Positions 7,922-16,569 of a DNA stretch of 24,000 nucleotides are shown piece by piece (the stretch's first letter is position 1; the number at the start of each line of letters is the position of its first letter). Location of the stretch: contig NZ_SLWN01000001.1 of NCBI RefSeq assembly GCF_004342025.1, positions 810,788 through 834,787 of the forward strand. The letters run 5' to 3'. The notes under the pieces were generated by a model. The model searched no databases and was not told the origin of the DNA. It worked only from the letters and a program-made list of their open reading frames with translations. This DNA is from Kribbella steppae. GTDB lineage: Bacteria > Actinomycetota > Actinomycetes > Propionibacteriales > Kribbellaceae. A program made the position numbers and the translations under genes.

Positions 7922-9286
7922 TCACTCAGTTACAGCGGTCGACGCCGAAAGAAGCAGCTCGCTGAGCAAGAGCTGGTCAGCGCTGCCCAGAACCAGGTCG
8001 GCCGCGGCGACGTCGGCCTCGCCCACATACGGATTCGGGATCGCGACCGCGAACATCCCCGCCGCCTGTGCCGCTGCTACTCCGTGCGCGGTGTCTTCGA
8101 CGGCGATCGCTTCCTCACCAGGTACGTCGAGACGCCGCAGAGCCAGCTCGTAGATGGCCGGATCGGGCTTGTGCGTCGCGACCTCGTCACCGGTCACGAT
8201 CAGATCGAACAGCTCGATCGCATCCACGCGCTCCAAGTGACCACGAACCCACGGCCGCGGCGAACTGCTCGCAATAGCCACCGCCAGCCCCAGCTCCCGC
8301 GCCGCCGAGATCCACTCCCGGATGCCCGGCCGGAAGTCCAGCTCCTCGTGCATGCGGTCGCGGTGAGCGGTCCGTCGCGCATGACTCGCCGCCCGGTCGA
8401 AGGCGGTACCGACCGCCGCGCCGAGCAGCTCGTAGCGCGTCTCGGAGATGTCGCCGCCGTGACCGGGCCAGAAGTCGTCGAGATCGAGCTCGAGCCCGTG
8501 GTGTGCCCACTCCGAACGCCAGCTCTCCACCATCGTCGTCTCGGTGTCCATCAACAACCCGTCGAAGTCGAACACCACCGCCCGCACCTCGACCGGCACC
8601 AACCGCACCGCCAGCCGATGGACCTCGGCCGCCGTCAGCCCGCATTCCGCCAGATACGCCCGCACGCCGCCGTAGCGCCGGTCCACGTGATCGAGCGAGT
8701 CGAGGATCGTCTCCGGCAACGTCCGCGAGATGATCTCGGCGGCCTGCCGCTCGTCCGCAGGCAGCTCGGCGAGCCGCGCGAGGACGCCGAGCCGCTCCTC
8801 GCTCACGGCATAGTCGTCCGCGATCACCTTGCGCGGTACGCCGACGAGGTCGAGCCACAACGCGATCAGCAGTCCGGTCCGGTCCTTGCCGGCCTTGCAG
8901 TGCACGACGACCGGCGCGTCATCCGGCGCCGCGATCAGCGCACGGAACGCCTTGGCGATCTGGCTCTTGTTCCGGTCGAGACTGCCGCGATAGATGTCGG
9001 CGAGCAGAGGCTCGGCAGCCGCATCGCGGTGCACTTCGGCAGCCGGGTCGATCCACGGGATCCGCTGGTACGACGCCGAGTCGTCGAGCAGATGGAGTTG
9101 CTTGATCTCCCAGTCGGAACGCAGGTCGAGCACCAACCCGGCGCCGGCGGCAGCGAACGCGGCCCGTCCTTCGTCGTCCAGGTTGTCCGGTGAGTCCGTC
9201 CGGAACACGCTCCCACTGCATGTCGGTACGCCGTACCGCGTCGGAAGTCCGCCGATGTCACGCGCATTCAGGCATCCGCTCCACAC
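7922..9286 (-). CDS. Fusion of an N-terminal tyrosine-phosphatase-like domain and a C-terminal HAD-superfamily hydrolase
   Basis: Residues MWSGCLNARDIGG...VVHCKAGKDRTGLLIALWL match the C(X)5R phosphatase loop of IphP/DSP-like enzymes. The C-terminal half has VVFDFDGLLMDTETTMVESW, AIASSSPRPWVRGHLE, HKPDPAIYELALRRL and AVEDTAHGVAAAQAAGM, i.e. HAD subfamily IA. GTG start at 9286. Confidence 0.88.
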   Translation of the reverse strand: MWSGCLNARDIGGLPTRYGVPTCSGSVFRTDSPDNLDDEGRAAFAAAGAGLVLDLRSDWEIKQLHLLDDSASYQRIPWIDPAAEVHRDAAAEPLLADIYRGSLDRNKSQIAKAFRALIAAPDDAPVVVHCKAGKDRTGLLIALWLDLVGVPRKVIADDYAVSEERLGVLARLAELPADERQAAEIISRTLPETILDSLDHVDRRYGGVRAYLAECGLTAAEVHRLAVRLVPVEVRAVVFDFDGLLMDTETTMVESWRSEWAHHGLELDLDDFWPGHGGDISETRYELLGAAVGTAFDRAASHARRTAHRDRMHEELDFRPGIREWISAARELGLAVAIASSSPRPWVRGHLERVDAIELFDLIVTGDEVATHKPDPAIYELALRRLDVPGEEAIAVEDTAHGVAAAQAAGMFAVAIPNPYVGEADVAAADLVLGSADQLLLSELLLSASTAVTE

Positions 9287-9290
9287 GCGG

Positions 9291-10616
9291 TCAGCTTAGA
9301 ACAACACCGCCGAGCGATTCGAAATCTTTCCACGTACCGTCGAACGCCTTGTGGTGCATCGCCGAGTCGATCCCGACCGCGAAGACATCGAGCCGGCCGG
9401 GACCCCAGGCCACCACCGAGCCGGCCGGTCTGGGCCGGGTCACAGCAGCGGCCACCAGTTCGAGCCAGCCGGCCAGCGCGGCCACGTTCATCCGCAGGAT
9501 CTCGGCCGCCAGCGCCCAGTCGAGGAAGTTCAGCGTGTCGGTCGCCGTGTGGATGTGCCCGTTCGCGCTGTCCGCTCCTTCGATCGTCAGCACGGCCGGG
9601 ATCCCAGCGTTGATGAACGGCACGTGGTCACTCGCGAACGGATTCAGCGACGTCTCGACCTTCAGCGCGGTGTACGTCGCGGCCGCCGTCGCCAGGTCGG
9701 CCATTTGAGTCGACGACAGGTTCGCACCTTCCAGCAGCACGGTCGGCACGGCCGTGTTCTTGCTCGCGATCATGTCCATGTTCAGTACGGCGCGGATCCG
9801 CGCACGCTCGGCCGGCGGCAGCGCGGCGACGTACTGCTTGCTGCCGAACAGCCCCTGCTCCTCCCCACCGAACAAGATCAGCCGTACGTCGTGCCGCCAC
9901 GACCTGGTCGACAACAGCCGACCCAACTCGAGCACACCGGCCGAACCGCTCCCGTTGTCGTCCGCGCCGGGAGCGTTGGCGGCGGGACCACCGGCTTGGT
10001 TGACCGAGTCCAGGTGCGCGGTGATCAGCACGACTCCGCCGCCACCGGTCCCCGGCCGATCCCCGATCAGGTTCTGCGACTGACCGCCGCCGACCGTGAC
10101 CGACGTCCGCGTCACTCCGTAGCCGAGGGCAACCATCCGGGCGGCGGCGAAGTCCATCGCGGTAGTGAACGACGGACTGAGCGAGTGCCGCGTCGGCAGA
10201 CTCGCGAACCAGGTCAGATCGGCCTGGTACGACGTCGGCGACAGTTCACCGACGAGGTCCGCGACGGCCGGATCCACTCTGGCCGCGGCCACTGACGGTA
10301 CGTCGACGACCGTCGTACCGGCGCGCAACGGCTCGACCCGCCAGCAGTTGTTCGACCGGCGGCGGGGTTTGTCGGTGGACGAGATCACCAGATGGCGGCC
10401 GTGGTCGACCAGCGGGGTGACGTCGGGGAAGTCGTCCTGGAAGCTCCGGCCCACCTGCGTGACCAGCAGCAGGCCGGGTGCGGTCCGGGAGGCCCGGCCG
10501 AGGCGTTGGTCGGCCGGGACCCAGAGGAGGGTCTTGTCGCCGAACCGCGCCGAATGCGCGCCCTCGGCGGCCTCCACAGTCGGTACAACGAGGTAGCGCA
10601 CAGGTGTCGTGCTCAT
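9291..10616 (-). CDS. M28-family zinc aminopeptidase with a single C-terminal PLL-like propeller repeat
   Basis: [57 protein letters not shown] and [15 protein letters not shown] are M28 metal-ligand motifs. The C-terminus is [48 protein letters not shown] start at 10616 (ORF track over-extends to 10817). Confidence 0.88.
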   Translation of the reverse strand: MSTTPVRYLVVPTVEAAEGAHSARFGDKTLLWVPADQRLGRASRTAPGLLLVTQVGRSFQDDFPDVTPLVDHGRHLVISSTDKPRRRSNNCWRVEPLRAGTTVVDVPSVAAARVDPAVADLVGELSPTSYQADLTWFASLPTRHSLSPSFTTAMDFAAARMVALGYGVTRTSVTVGGGQSQNLIGDRPGTGGGGVVLITAHLDSVNQAGGPAANAPGADDNGSGSAGVLELGRLLSTRSWRHDVRLILFGGEEQGLFGSKQYVAALPPAERARIRAVLNMDMIASKNTAVPTVLLEGANLSSTQMADLATAAATYTALKVETSLNPFASDHVPFINAGIPAVLTIEGADSANGHIHTATDTLNFLDWALAAEILRMNVAALAGWLELVAAAVTRPRPAGSVVAWGPGRLDVFAVGIDSAMHHKAFDGTWKDFESLGGVVLS

Positions 10617-10617
10617 A

Positions 10618-10917
10618 TCAGTCCTGCCATCTGATCTCGAGGCGGTCGGGCTCGGCGGTGACGATCTGGCCGGAGCCTTGTTCGCCGCCGGGGTCACGGG
10701 TGATCCGGCCGGTGGGATCCCACCGGCCGGCCGGGCGAGCCTCGGGTGCGTCACCGCGACCGATCGCCCAGTCCACCCAGGTGCCGTCCGGGCGGAACTC
10801 CACCCCCCGCCGGCCACGGGCCGGCGGGAAGGCGAAGTCGTCCCGGCGGTAGACGCTGATCCCGTCGTGATCCTCCTCGAAGGAATGCGTCCACCGCCCG
10901 GGAGTGTGCTCGCTCAG
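10618..10917 (-). CDS. Conserved-looking 99-aa hypothetical protein, probable CTG start
   Basis: (M)[98 protein letters not shown]. The CTG at 10917-10915 overlaps the previous TGA stop as CTGA. The stop is 1 nt before the M28 gene start. Confidence 0.6.
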   Translation of the reverse strand: MSEHTPGRWTHSFEEDHDGISVYRRDDFAFPPARGRRGVEFRPDGTWVDWAIGRGDAPEARPAGRWDPTGRITRDPGGEQGSGQIVTAEPDRLEIRWQD

Positions 10918-13247
10918 CTCAGCACCGCCTGTTCGATCGATGCGGGCGACTCCGGCACGGTCACCTTGAAGTCGCTGATGATGCCGCCGAGCGGTTCGTA
11001 GCCGGTGACCGACGGTCCCCAGGCGGAGCCGTCCCACCACTTGTGGTACAGCTGCTTGTCGATGCCGGTGACGAACACGTCGAGCCGGTTCGCGCCCCAC
11101 GAGACGACCCGCGGCTCGTCGGTGCAGATGCCGCCCAGGTACTCCCAGTCGGTGAGCGACGGTCCCCAGGCGGACCCGTCCCACCACTTGTGGTACAGCG
11201 CGGAATCCGTGCCGAGCACGAACACGTCGAGCCGGTTCTCGTCCCACGAGACGACGGTCGGGGCCGTCGTACAGATGCCGCCCAGGTACTCCCAGCCCGA
11301 CCAGGCCGAGCCGTCCCACCACTTGTGGTACAGCGCGGAATCCGTGCCGACGACGAACATGTCGAGCCGGTTCTCGCCCCAGGCAACGACCCGCGGCGGC
11401 GAAGCGCAGACGCCACCGAGGTACTCGTACCCGTCTACCGACGGCCCCCAGCTCGAGCCGTTCCACCACTTGTGGTAGACCGCGTTGTCGGTGCCGACGA
11501 CGAACACGTCCAGCCGGTCGCTGCCCCAGGCAACGACTTCGGGCCGGCTCATACAGATGCCGCCGAGGTACTCGTACCCGTCGACCGACGGTCCCCAGCT
11601 CGAGCCGTTCCACCACTTGTGGTACAGCGCGCGGTCCGTGCCGAGGACGAACGCGTCCAGCCGGTCCGGGCCCCAGGTGGCCAGGCGTGGCGGACTCATG
11701 CAGACCCCGCCCAGGTACTCGTACCCGGTGACCGACGGTCCCCAGTTCGAGCCGTCCCACCACTTGTGGTAGACCGCGTGATCGGTGCCGAGGACGAACG
11801 CGTCCAGCCGGCCCGGCGCCCAGGACGCGACTTCAGGAGCACTCATACAGACACCACCCATGTATTCGTAGCCGCCGACGGACGGTCCCCAGGACGATCC
11901 GTCCCACCACTTGTGATACATCGCCAGATCGGTGCCGACCACGAACGCGTCCAGCCGGTTCGCACCCCACGCCACCACGGATCCGGCGGGTTCCGGCGTA
12001 CCACCGGCGCCGCCGCCCGTGATCAGGCCGGGGCGGACGGTGTCCAGACAGGCCTCCATCCGGGCCACCTGGTCGTCGGTGAACATCACCATGCCGCGGT
12101 CGTCGGTGTAGTCCATGTAGTCGTAGAACAGGTCACCGTTCGGACCGTTGCTGCAGGTCACGTGCGGGAACGTCGGTACGCCGAAGTTCGGGCCGGCCTG
12201 GTTCGGGGTGTCGGCGACCTCGTCGCTGCCGCTGCAGCCGGTGCCGTCGTCGCCCCAGATGTGGAACAGGTTCAGGTAGTGCCCGATCTCGTGGGTCGTG
12301 GTCCGGCCCAGGTCGAACGGCGCGGCCGCCGTACCGTTGGTGCCGAACCCGCTGTGCAGGATGACCACGCCGTCGGTTTCGGCCGGGCCACCTGGGAACT
12401 GCGCGTACCCGAGCAGGCCGCCGCTGAGCTGGCAGACCCAGATGTTCAGGTACTTGTCGGCCGGCCACGGGTCGTGGCCGCCGGTCGCCGATGCCTTCAC
12501 CTTGTCGTCCGAGCCGAACCCGTTGACGGTCGTCTGGGTCCGGGTGACACCGGTCGTCGGGTTGCCGTCCGGGTCCTCGGTGGCCAGATAGAACTCGATC
12601 CGCGCGTCTGCGATCAGCCCGTTGAACGCGGCCGGCACGATCCCGATGTCGGCGTTGGTCGCCCGGAAGTCGTGGTTCAGTACGTCGACCTGGCTGTCGA
12701 TCTGGGCCTGTGAGATGTTCTGTGCCGCGGTCTTCCAGACCACGTGCACCACACAGGGGATCCGCGCTATACCGGCAAAACGTTGCTGGCGGGCCACGTA
12801 CAGCGTCGTCGCGTTCTCGATGGCCGACCGCGCGATGGCGTACTCGGGTGAGGTGGAGAGCAGTCTGCGGTGTACGTCCATCACGCCGCACTGCCGTCTG
12901 GTCGGAGTCTCGATTCGCCCGTCCGCGCCGCTCATACCCGCACCACCGGCTCCGGCTCCGCCACCCATTCCGGCACCGCCCGCTTGGCCGCCGCCGCTCA
13001 TCCCGGCACCGCCACCGGCACCGCCGCCACTCATCCCGCTGCCTCCGCCGGCACCTCCGCCACTCATGCCGCCGGGCATGTTGCCGGATCCACCTGCTCC
13101 CTGCGCACCGCTGCCCGAACCCATCGACATCCGCTCGCCGGGCATCCCGTTGACGGCCGGCGTTCCGTTCGCGGACCGCGCCTCGCCCGGCATCCGGTGG
13201 TCGTCGTCGCGGTGCTTGTCCGCTCTCCCGTTGGCCTTCCTCGGCAT
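10914..13247 (-). CDS. M43-type (pappalysin/cytophagalysin-like) metallopeptidase with Gly/Met-rich segment and seven C-terminal PLL-like propeller repeats
   Basis: [20 protein letters not shown] zinc motif (HExxHxxxxxH), [22 protein letters not shown] Met-turn region, seven ~48-aa repeats. ATG at 13247 preceded by GGAAGGGGGAGAG (ORF track opens at 13310). Confidence 0.88.
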   Translation of the reverse strand: MPRKANGRADKHRDDDHRMPGEARSANGTPAVNGMPGERMSMGSGSGAQGAGGSGNMPGGMSGGGAGGGSGMSGGGAGGGAGMSGGGQAGGAGMGGGAGAGGAGMSGADGRIETPTRRQCGVMDVHRRLLSTSPEYAIARSAIENATTLYVARQQRFAGIARIPCVVHVVWKTAAQNISQAQIDSQVDVLNHDFRATNADIGIVPAAFNGLIADARIEFYLATEDPDGNPTTGVTRTQTTVNGFGSDDKVKASATGGHDPWPADKYLNIWVCQLSGGLLGYAQFPGGPAETDGVVILHSGFGTNGTAAAPFDLGRTTTHEIGHYLNLFHIWGDDGTGCSGSDEVADTPNQAGPNFGVPTFPHVTCSNGPNGDLFYDYMDYTDDRGMVMFTDDQVARMEACLDTVRPGLITGGGAGGTPEPAGSVVAWGANRLDAFVVGTDLAMYHKWWDGSSWGPSVGGYEYMGGVCMSAPEVASWAPGRLDAFVLGTDHAVYHKWWDGSNWGPSVTGYEYLGGVCMSPPRLATWGPDRLDAFVLGTDRALYHKWWNGSSWGPSVDGYEYLGGICMSRPEVVAWGSDRLDVFVVGTDNAVYHKWWNGSSWGPSVDGYEYLGGVCASPPRVVAWGENRLDMFVVGTDSALYHKWWDGSAWSGWEYLGGICTTAPTVVSWDENRLDVFVLGTDSALYHKWWDGSAWGPSLTDWEYLGGICTDEPRVVSWGANRLDVFVTGIDKQLYHKWWDGSAWGPSVTGYEPLGGIISDFKVTVPESPASIEQAVLS
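10981..11990 (-). repeat. Tandem coding repeat, 7 units of ~144 bp (~48 aa) encoding propeller blades
   Basis: Blade pattern: [48 protein letters not shown]. Seven consecutive copies were read by eye; copy 5 is shortened ([13 protein letters not shown]). Boundaries are approximate. Confidence 0.9.
12918..13121 (-). repeat. Glycine/methionine-rich low-complexity coding region
   Basis: [68 protein letters not shown] within the M43-type protein. Confidence 0.85.
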
Positions 13248-13521
13248 CTCTCCCCCTTCCAGCGGGGGCGCACAAGCAGGTCGGGACCAACCGAGATCCC
13301 GGACCGACAAGGATTCCCCCAGCCCACCCCTCGATCGAAGACGGTCCTACCCGCCTTCCCCCACCGAACAGCCAGCCCCCAAGTCACTGCTCTCTGTTCA
13401 CCTTCCACCCATCACCGCACGCGCACAACCCTTCGCACCAAGACAGTGAACTTTCCCCCGAACCCCCTGCCCCCGTTGAAGAATTGCTTGAAACCTCAAG
13501 AGGGATTCCGTTGCGCCGAGG

Positions 13522-15720
13522 TCAGCGCAGGGCGATGAACCGGATGCCGTTGACGGTCAGAGATGTCTTGACGTTCGCAGCGTTGCCTTTGACCACAGCG
13601 ATGACGTCGGGCTCCGTGAACAGTGGGAGCAGATCGGACGGGATGCCGGGCTTGGGCTCATCGGAACCGATGTCGATCAGCCGCTCCGGGCACCTGGCGA
13701 GGTACGCCCCGAGCTTGGGCCAGCGAAGGGTGAGGATGGTCCACAGAGCCGTCTGCTGCTCGTGCGTCTCGTCGTTGTCCAGGTTCACACCTTGCAGAGT
13801 CTCGATGCCACGCGCAATGCCGTAGGCGTTGACGAGTCGCTTCATCATGCGGGGGTTCGGATCATCACCCAGCAGCGCGCGGAACGGCTCCAACGTGTGA
13901 GTGTCGGCCACCCGCGCCCGTTCGCTGACCATCTCGACTGCCACGAGCTCGCGCCGGGCCTGCACCTCGGCCACGGAGCTTCCTTGGTTCCTGGCGACTT
14001 CTCGCCGTACGTCGTCCGGCGGGAGACTACCGAGTTCGCTGGCGGCCGCCGTCCGCGCCGCCTCGAGGTCCGCCTCTCCCGGCACGGACGGCGAGCGCAG
14101 AATGCGCCCCCAGAAGGCGTCGATCCGGTCGCGCACCTGCGGCAGACCGGTCGAGATCTGGAACGTCTTCTCCAGGAACAGGTAACCGACCGGCCGGCCG
14201 GGCTCTCCGGCCAGGCTGCCGAAGGTCGCGTACTCGCTCGCGTAACTGTCGGCCAGCCAGTCGCGGTCTGCGGCGACCACGTAGGTCACCGGGATCTCGC
14301 GGAAGAGTGTCTGGATACCTTCCAGGAGTTCCACCACGTACGGGCTCTTGCACCGGTCCAGGTCGTCGATCATCACCACGATGTCGTGGTGGATCCACTG
14401 GGTCAGGTCGGCGAGGTGTTCCTGGACCACACGCATCGGATCGCTGGTGTTGGCGATGAATCGCCTGGCCCCTCTGGCCGATGTGCTGAAGACCCAGCGT
14501 CCCATCGCGTGCAGGAGTCCCCAGACGGTGAGCGCCGGTGTGATGATCGCGGCCGCGGTGACGACGAACCCCTTGAACGTGGCCGGCGAGAACAGCTCCT
14601 GGTTCCCCGCCCCGCCGAACCAGCCGGCCCGCCACGCGAGGAAGACGAGGCCGGCGACCAGCACCAGCGCCAGGTACCCCGGCCAGCCGCCCTTGGACCG
14701 CCAGATCCACTCGCGGATCCGGACGGTCAGCGCCCGGCGCCGGTCGAACGTGTCGAGCTCACGGACCGCGCCGGAGTACAGCGCCCGCATCAGCCACCAC
14801 CACGGCGGCTCGATGCGCTGATGGCGCCAGGCGTTGAAGTCGACCACCACCGACCGCTTCGCATCCGCGGCCGGATCGTCCTTGCGCAGCTCGGCGGCAA
14901 GGAAGTTGAGCACGGACGTCTTCCCGGCACCCCACGGCGCATGCAGGTGAAGGATGAACGCACCCCCACGCCTGGCCTGCGGATCGGGCGCGTGCTTGCT
15001 GTTGCGGGTCTCCTCCGTGCGGGCATCCCGGATCCGCCGCGCCAACACCTTCGCAAACCCCTGCCGCCCCAACTCGTCCACCACCGCCGGCCCATCTGTA
15101 TGCGTCGGCACAGTCTCGACCGGCCAGGACGGCGCAGGAGCCTTGTCTTCTTCGCCGGCGCTCTCTGAGACGTCCTCGAGCGACCACGTGAGGTACTGGT
15201 TGCTCAACTGGTCGTACTGCGCTTGATCCCGCACGTAGATCTTGACCGGCAGGGATGGGGCTGAATAGACGGCAGGCGGTGTGTCCTGTCGGGTGACGCC
15301 GGCGACGATGGCGTTGAAGGATTCCTCGGCCTCCAAAACGCCCGCGCCGCTACCGAGCAGCGGGAGGCCAAGTGTTCCGCCACGGTCCGACGCGAGCCTG
15401 GCGGCCCGGGCGGCGGCCGACCGTACCCACTCCGCCTTCGACCCGACGCCGTCGACGACCACGGCCGCCAGCAGAATGGTCGTCGGCCCCGGCCGTCGCT
15501 TGACCTTCCCGTCGGCTTCCCAGGCGCGCACCACCTGTCCCGGTTCCAGTCGACGGGGCATGTCGAGCGTGTAGTCCACCAGTCGCGTGCTGAAATCCGG
15601 CGCGATGCTGCCGGACGTGCTGCACGGAATGACGACGACGTCGTCGCGACCGAGAAACAGGTCGCCGAGCACCACTTCGACCGGACCAGCGTGCGCCGTT
15701 GCCGATTCCTGCGCGGCCAT
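13522..15720 (-). CDS. Macro-like domain fused to a KAP-family P-loop NTPase with two transmembrane helices inserted between Walker A and Walker B
   Basis: N-terminus VEVVLGDLFLGRDDVVVIPCSTSGSIAPDFS...TLGLPLLGSGAGVLEAEESFNAIV...VKIYVRDQAQYDQL resembles a macro domain. Walker A HAPWGAGKTSVLNFL; FNAWRHQRIEPPWWWLMRAL; TM segments GYLALVLVAGLVFLAWRAGW and GFVVTAAAIITPALTVWGLLH; Walker B DIVVMIDDLDRCKSPYVVELLEGIQTLF; C-terminal NPRMMKRLVNAYGI. Confidence 0.87.
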   Translation of the reverse strand: MAAQESATAHAGPVEVVLGDLFLGRDDVVVIPCSTSGSIAPDFSTRLVDYTLDMPRRLEPGQVVRAWEADGKVKRRPGPTTILLAAVVVDGVGSKAEWVRSAAARAARLASDRGGTLGLPLLGSGAGVLEAEESFNAIVAGVTRQDTPPAVYSAPSLPVKIYVRDQAQYDQLSNQYLTWSLEDVSESAGEEDKAPAPSWPVETVPTHTDGPAVVDELGRQGFAKVLARRIRDARTEETRNSKHAPDPQARRGGAFILHLHAPWGAGKTSVLNFLAAELRKDDPAADAKRSVVVDFNAWRHQRIEPPWWWLMRALYSGAVRELDTFDRRRALTVRIREWIWRSKGGWPGYLALVLVAGLVFLAWRAGWFGGAGNQELFSPATFKGFVVTAAAIITPALTVWGLLHAMGRWVFSTSARGARRFIANTSDPMRVVQEHLADLTQWIHHDIVVMIDDLDRCKSPYVVELLEGIQTLFREIPVTYVVAADRDWLADSYASEYATFGSLAGEPGRPVGYLFLEKTFQISTGLPQVRDRIDAFWGRILRSPSVPGEADLEAARTAAASELGSLPPDDVRREVARNQGSSVAEVQARRELVAVEMVSERARVADTHTLEPFRALLGDDPNPRMMKRLVNAYGIARGIETLQGVNLDNDETHEQQTALWTILTLRWPKLGAYLARCPERLIDIGSDEPKPGIPSDLLPLFTEPDVIAVVKGNAANVKTSLTVNGIRFIALR

Positions 15721-15790
15721 GGGCTCCCCCTCGTCACACGATCCGCATCCTCCCTCGCAGGTTAGTGCGAACCAGCGACTACGGACAGTG

Positions 15791-16534
15791 TCAACTGAGG
15801 TGCGCCAGCAGGAGGGGGTTGATCACCTCGGGGTGGGAGTAGGTGACGAGGTGGGCGGCGTTCTCGATGATCTCGAGGTGGGCGCCGGGGATGGCGGAGG
15901 CGAGCGGGATGACGGTTTCGGGTGGGATGGAGGTGTCTTGTTCGGTGGTGATGAGGAGGACCGGGGCGGTGATGTCGCCGAGTTTGTCGCGCAGGTCCGT
16001 CGTACCGAGGGCCTCGCAGCAGGCGGCGTAGCCCTCGTCGGGGGTGTTGAGGAGTTGCTGGCGGAGCGGGTCGACGTCGGGGAAGTCGGGGAGGAACCAG
16101 CGCTCCAGGGTCGCGTCGGTGATGGCTTGAGTGCCTTCGGCGCGGACGGTGGCGGCTCGGTCGGTCCACATCTGGGCGTCGTCGGACGGGTTGGACGGCG
16201 GACAGAGCAGCGCGAAGCGGTGGAAGCGGTCGGGTGCGTTCTGAGCCAGCCAGAGGCCGACCGCGCCCCCGAGCGAGATGCCGACGTACGACGCCTGGTC
16301 GACGCCGAGGGTGTCGAGGAGTTCGAGTACGTCGCCGCCGAGGTCGTCGATCGTGTACGGCCCGGGCGGCGCCTCGGACTCGCCGTGGCCGCGGTGATCG
16401 AACGCGATCACCCGGAACCGCTCTGCCAGGACGCTGACCTGCGGCGCCCACATCGCGTGCGTCGTCCCGAGCGAGGACCCGAGCAGAACCACGGGCGCGT
16501 CGTCGGGACCGGTCTCCGCATAGTTGAGTCGCAT
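15791..16534 (-). CDS. Alpha/beta hydrolase, 3-oxoadipate enol-lactonase-like
   Basis: VVLLGSSLGTTHAMWAPQ, VIAFDHRGHGES, YVGISLGGAVGLWLAQNAPDR (nucleophile elbow GISLGG), and C-terminal His in ENAAHLV. Confidence 0.85.
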   Translation of the reverse strand: MRLNYAETGPDDAPVVLLGSSLGTTHAMWAPQVSVLAERFRVIAFDHRGHGESEAPPGPYTIDDLGGDVLELLDTLGVDQASYVGISLGGAVGLWLAQNAPDRFHRFALLCPPSNPSDDAQMWTDRAATVRAEGTQAITDATLERWFLPDFPDVDPLRQQLLNTPDEGYAACCEALGTTDLRDKLGDITAPVLLITTEQDTSIPPETVIPLASAIPGAHLEIIENAAHLVTYSHPEVINPLLLAHLS

Positions 16535-16569
16535 AGGCCCACACTACGGACGCTGCTACTCTCCGCGGC

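Noticed and set aside
10618-11763. 381-aa minus-strand ORF as one protein
   Set aside because: Only the last ~99 codons look like real protein. The upstream part is an out-of-frame reading of the blade repeats ([16 protein letters not shown]...).
11043-12713. 556-aa plus-strand ORF with repeated [10 protein letters not shown]-like units
   Set aside because: Its repetition is only the mirror image of the real 144-bp blade repeats on the minus strand; no independent coding evidence.
13762-15168. 468-aa plus-strand ORF opposite the macro-KAP gene
   Set aside because: Antisense shadow ORF, low-information His/Arg/Val composition, no domain.
15760-15795. Possible promoter for the macro-KAP gene (minus strand TTGACA...TAACCT)
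   Set aside because: The TTGACA and TANNNT-like hexamers are separated by ~24 nt, too far for a standard housekeeping promoter, and nothing supports another arrangement.
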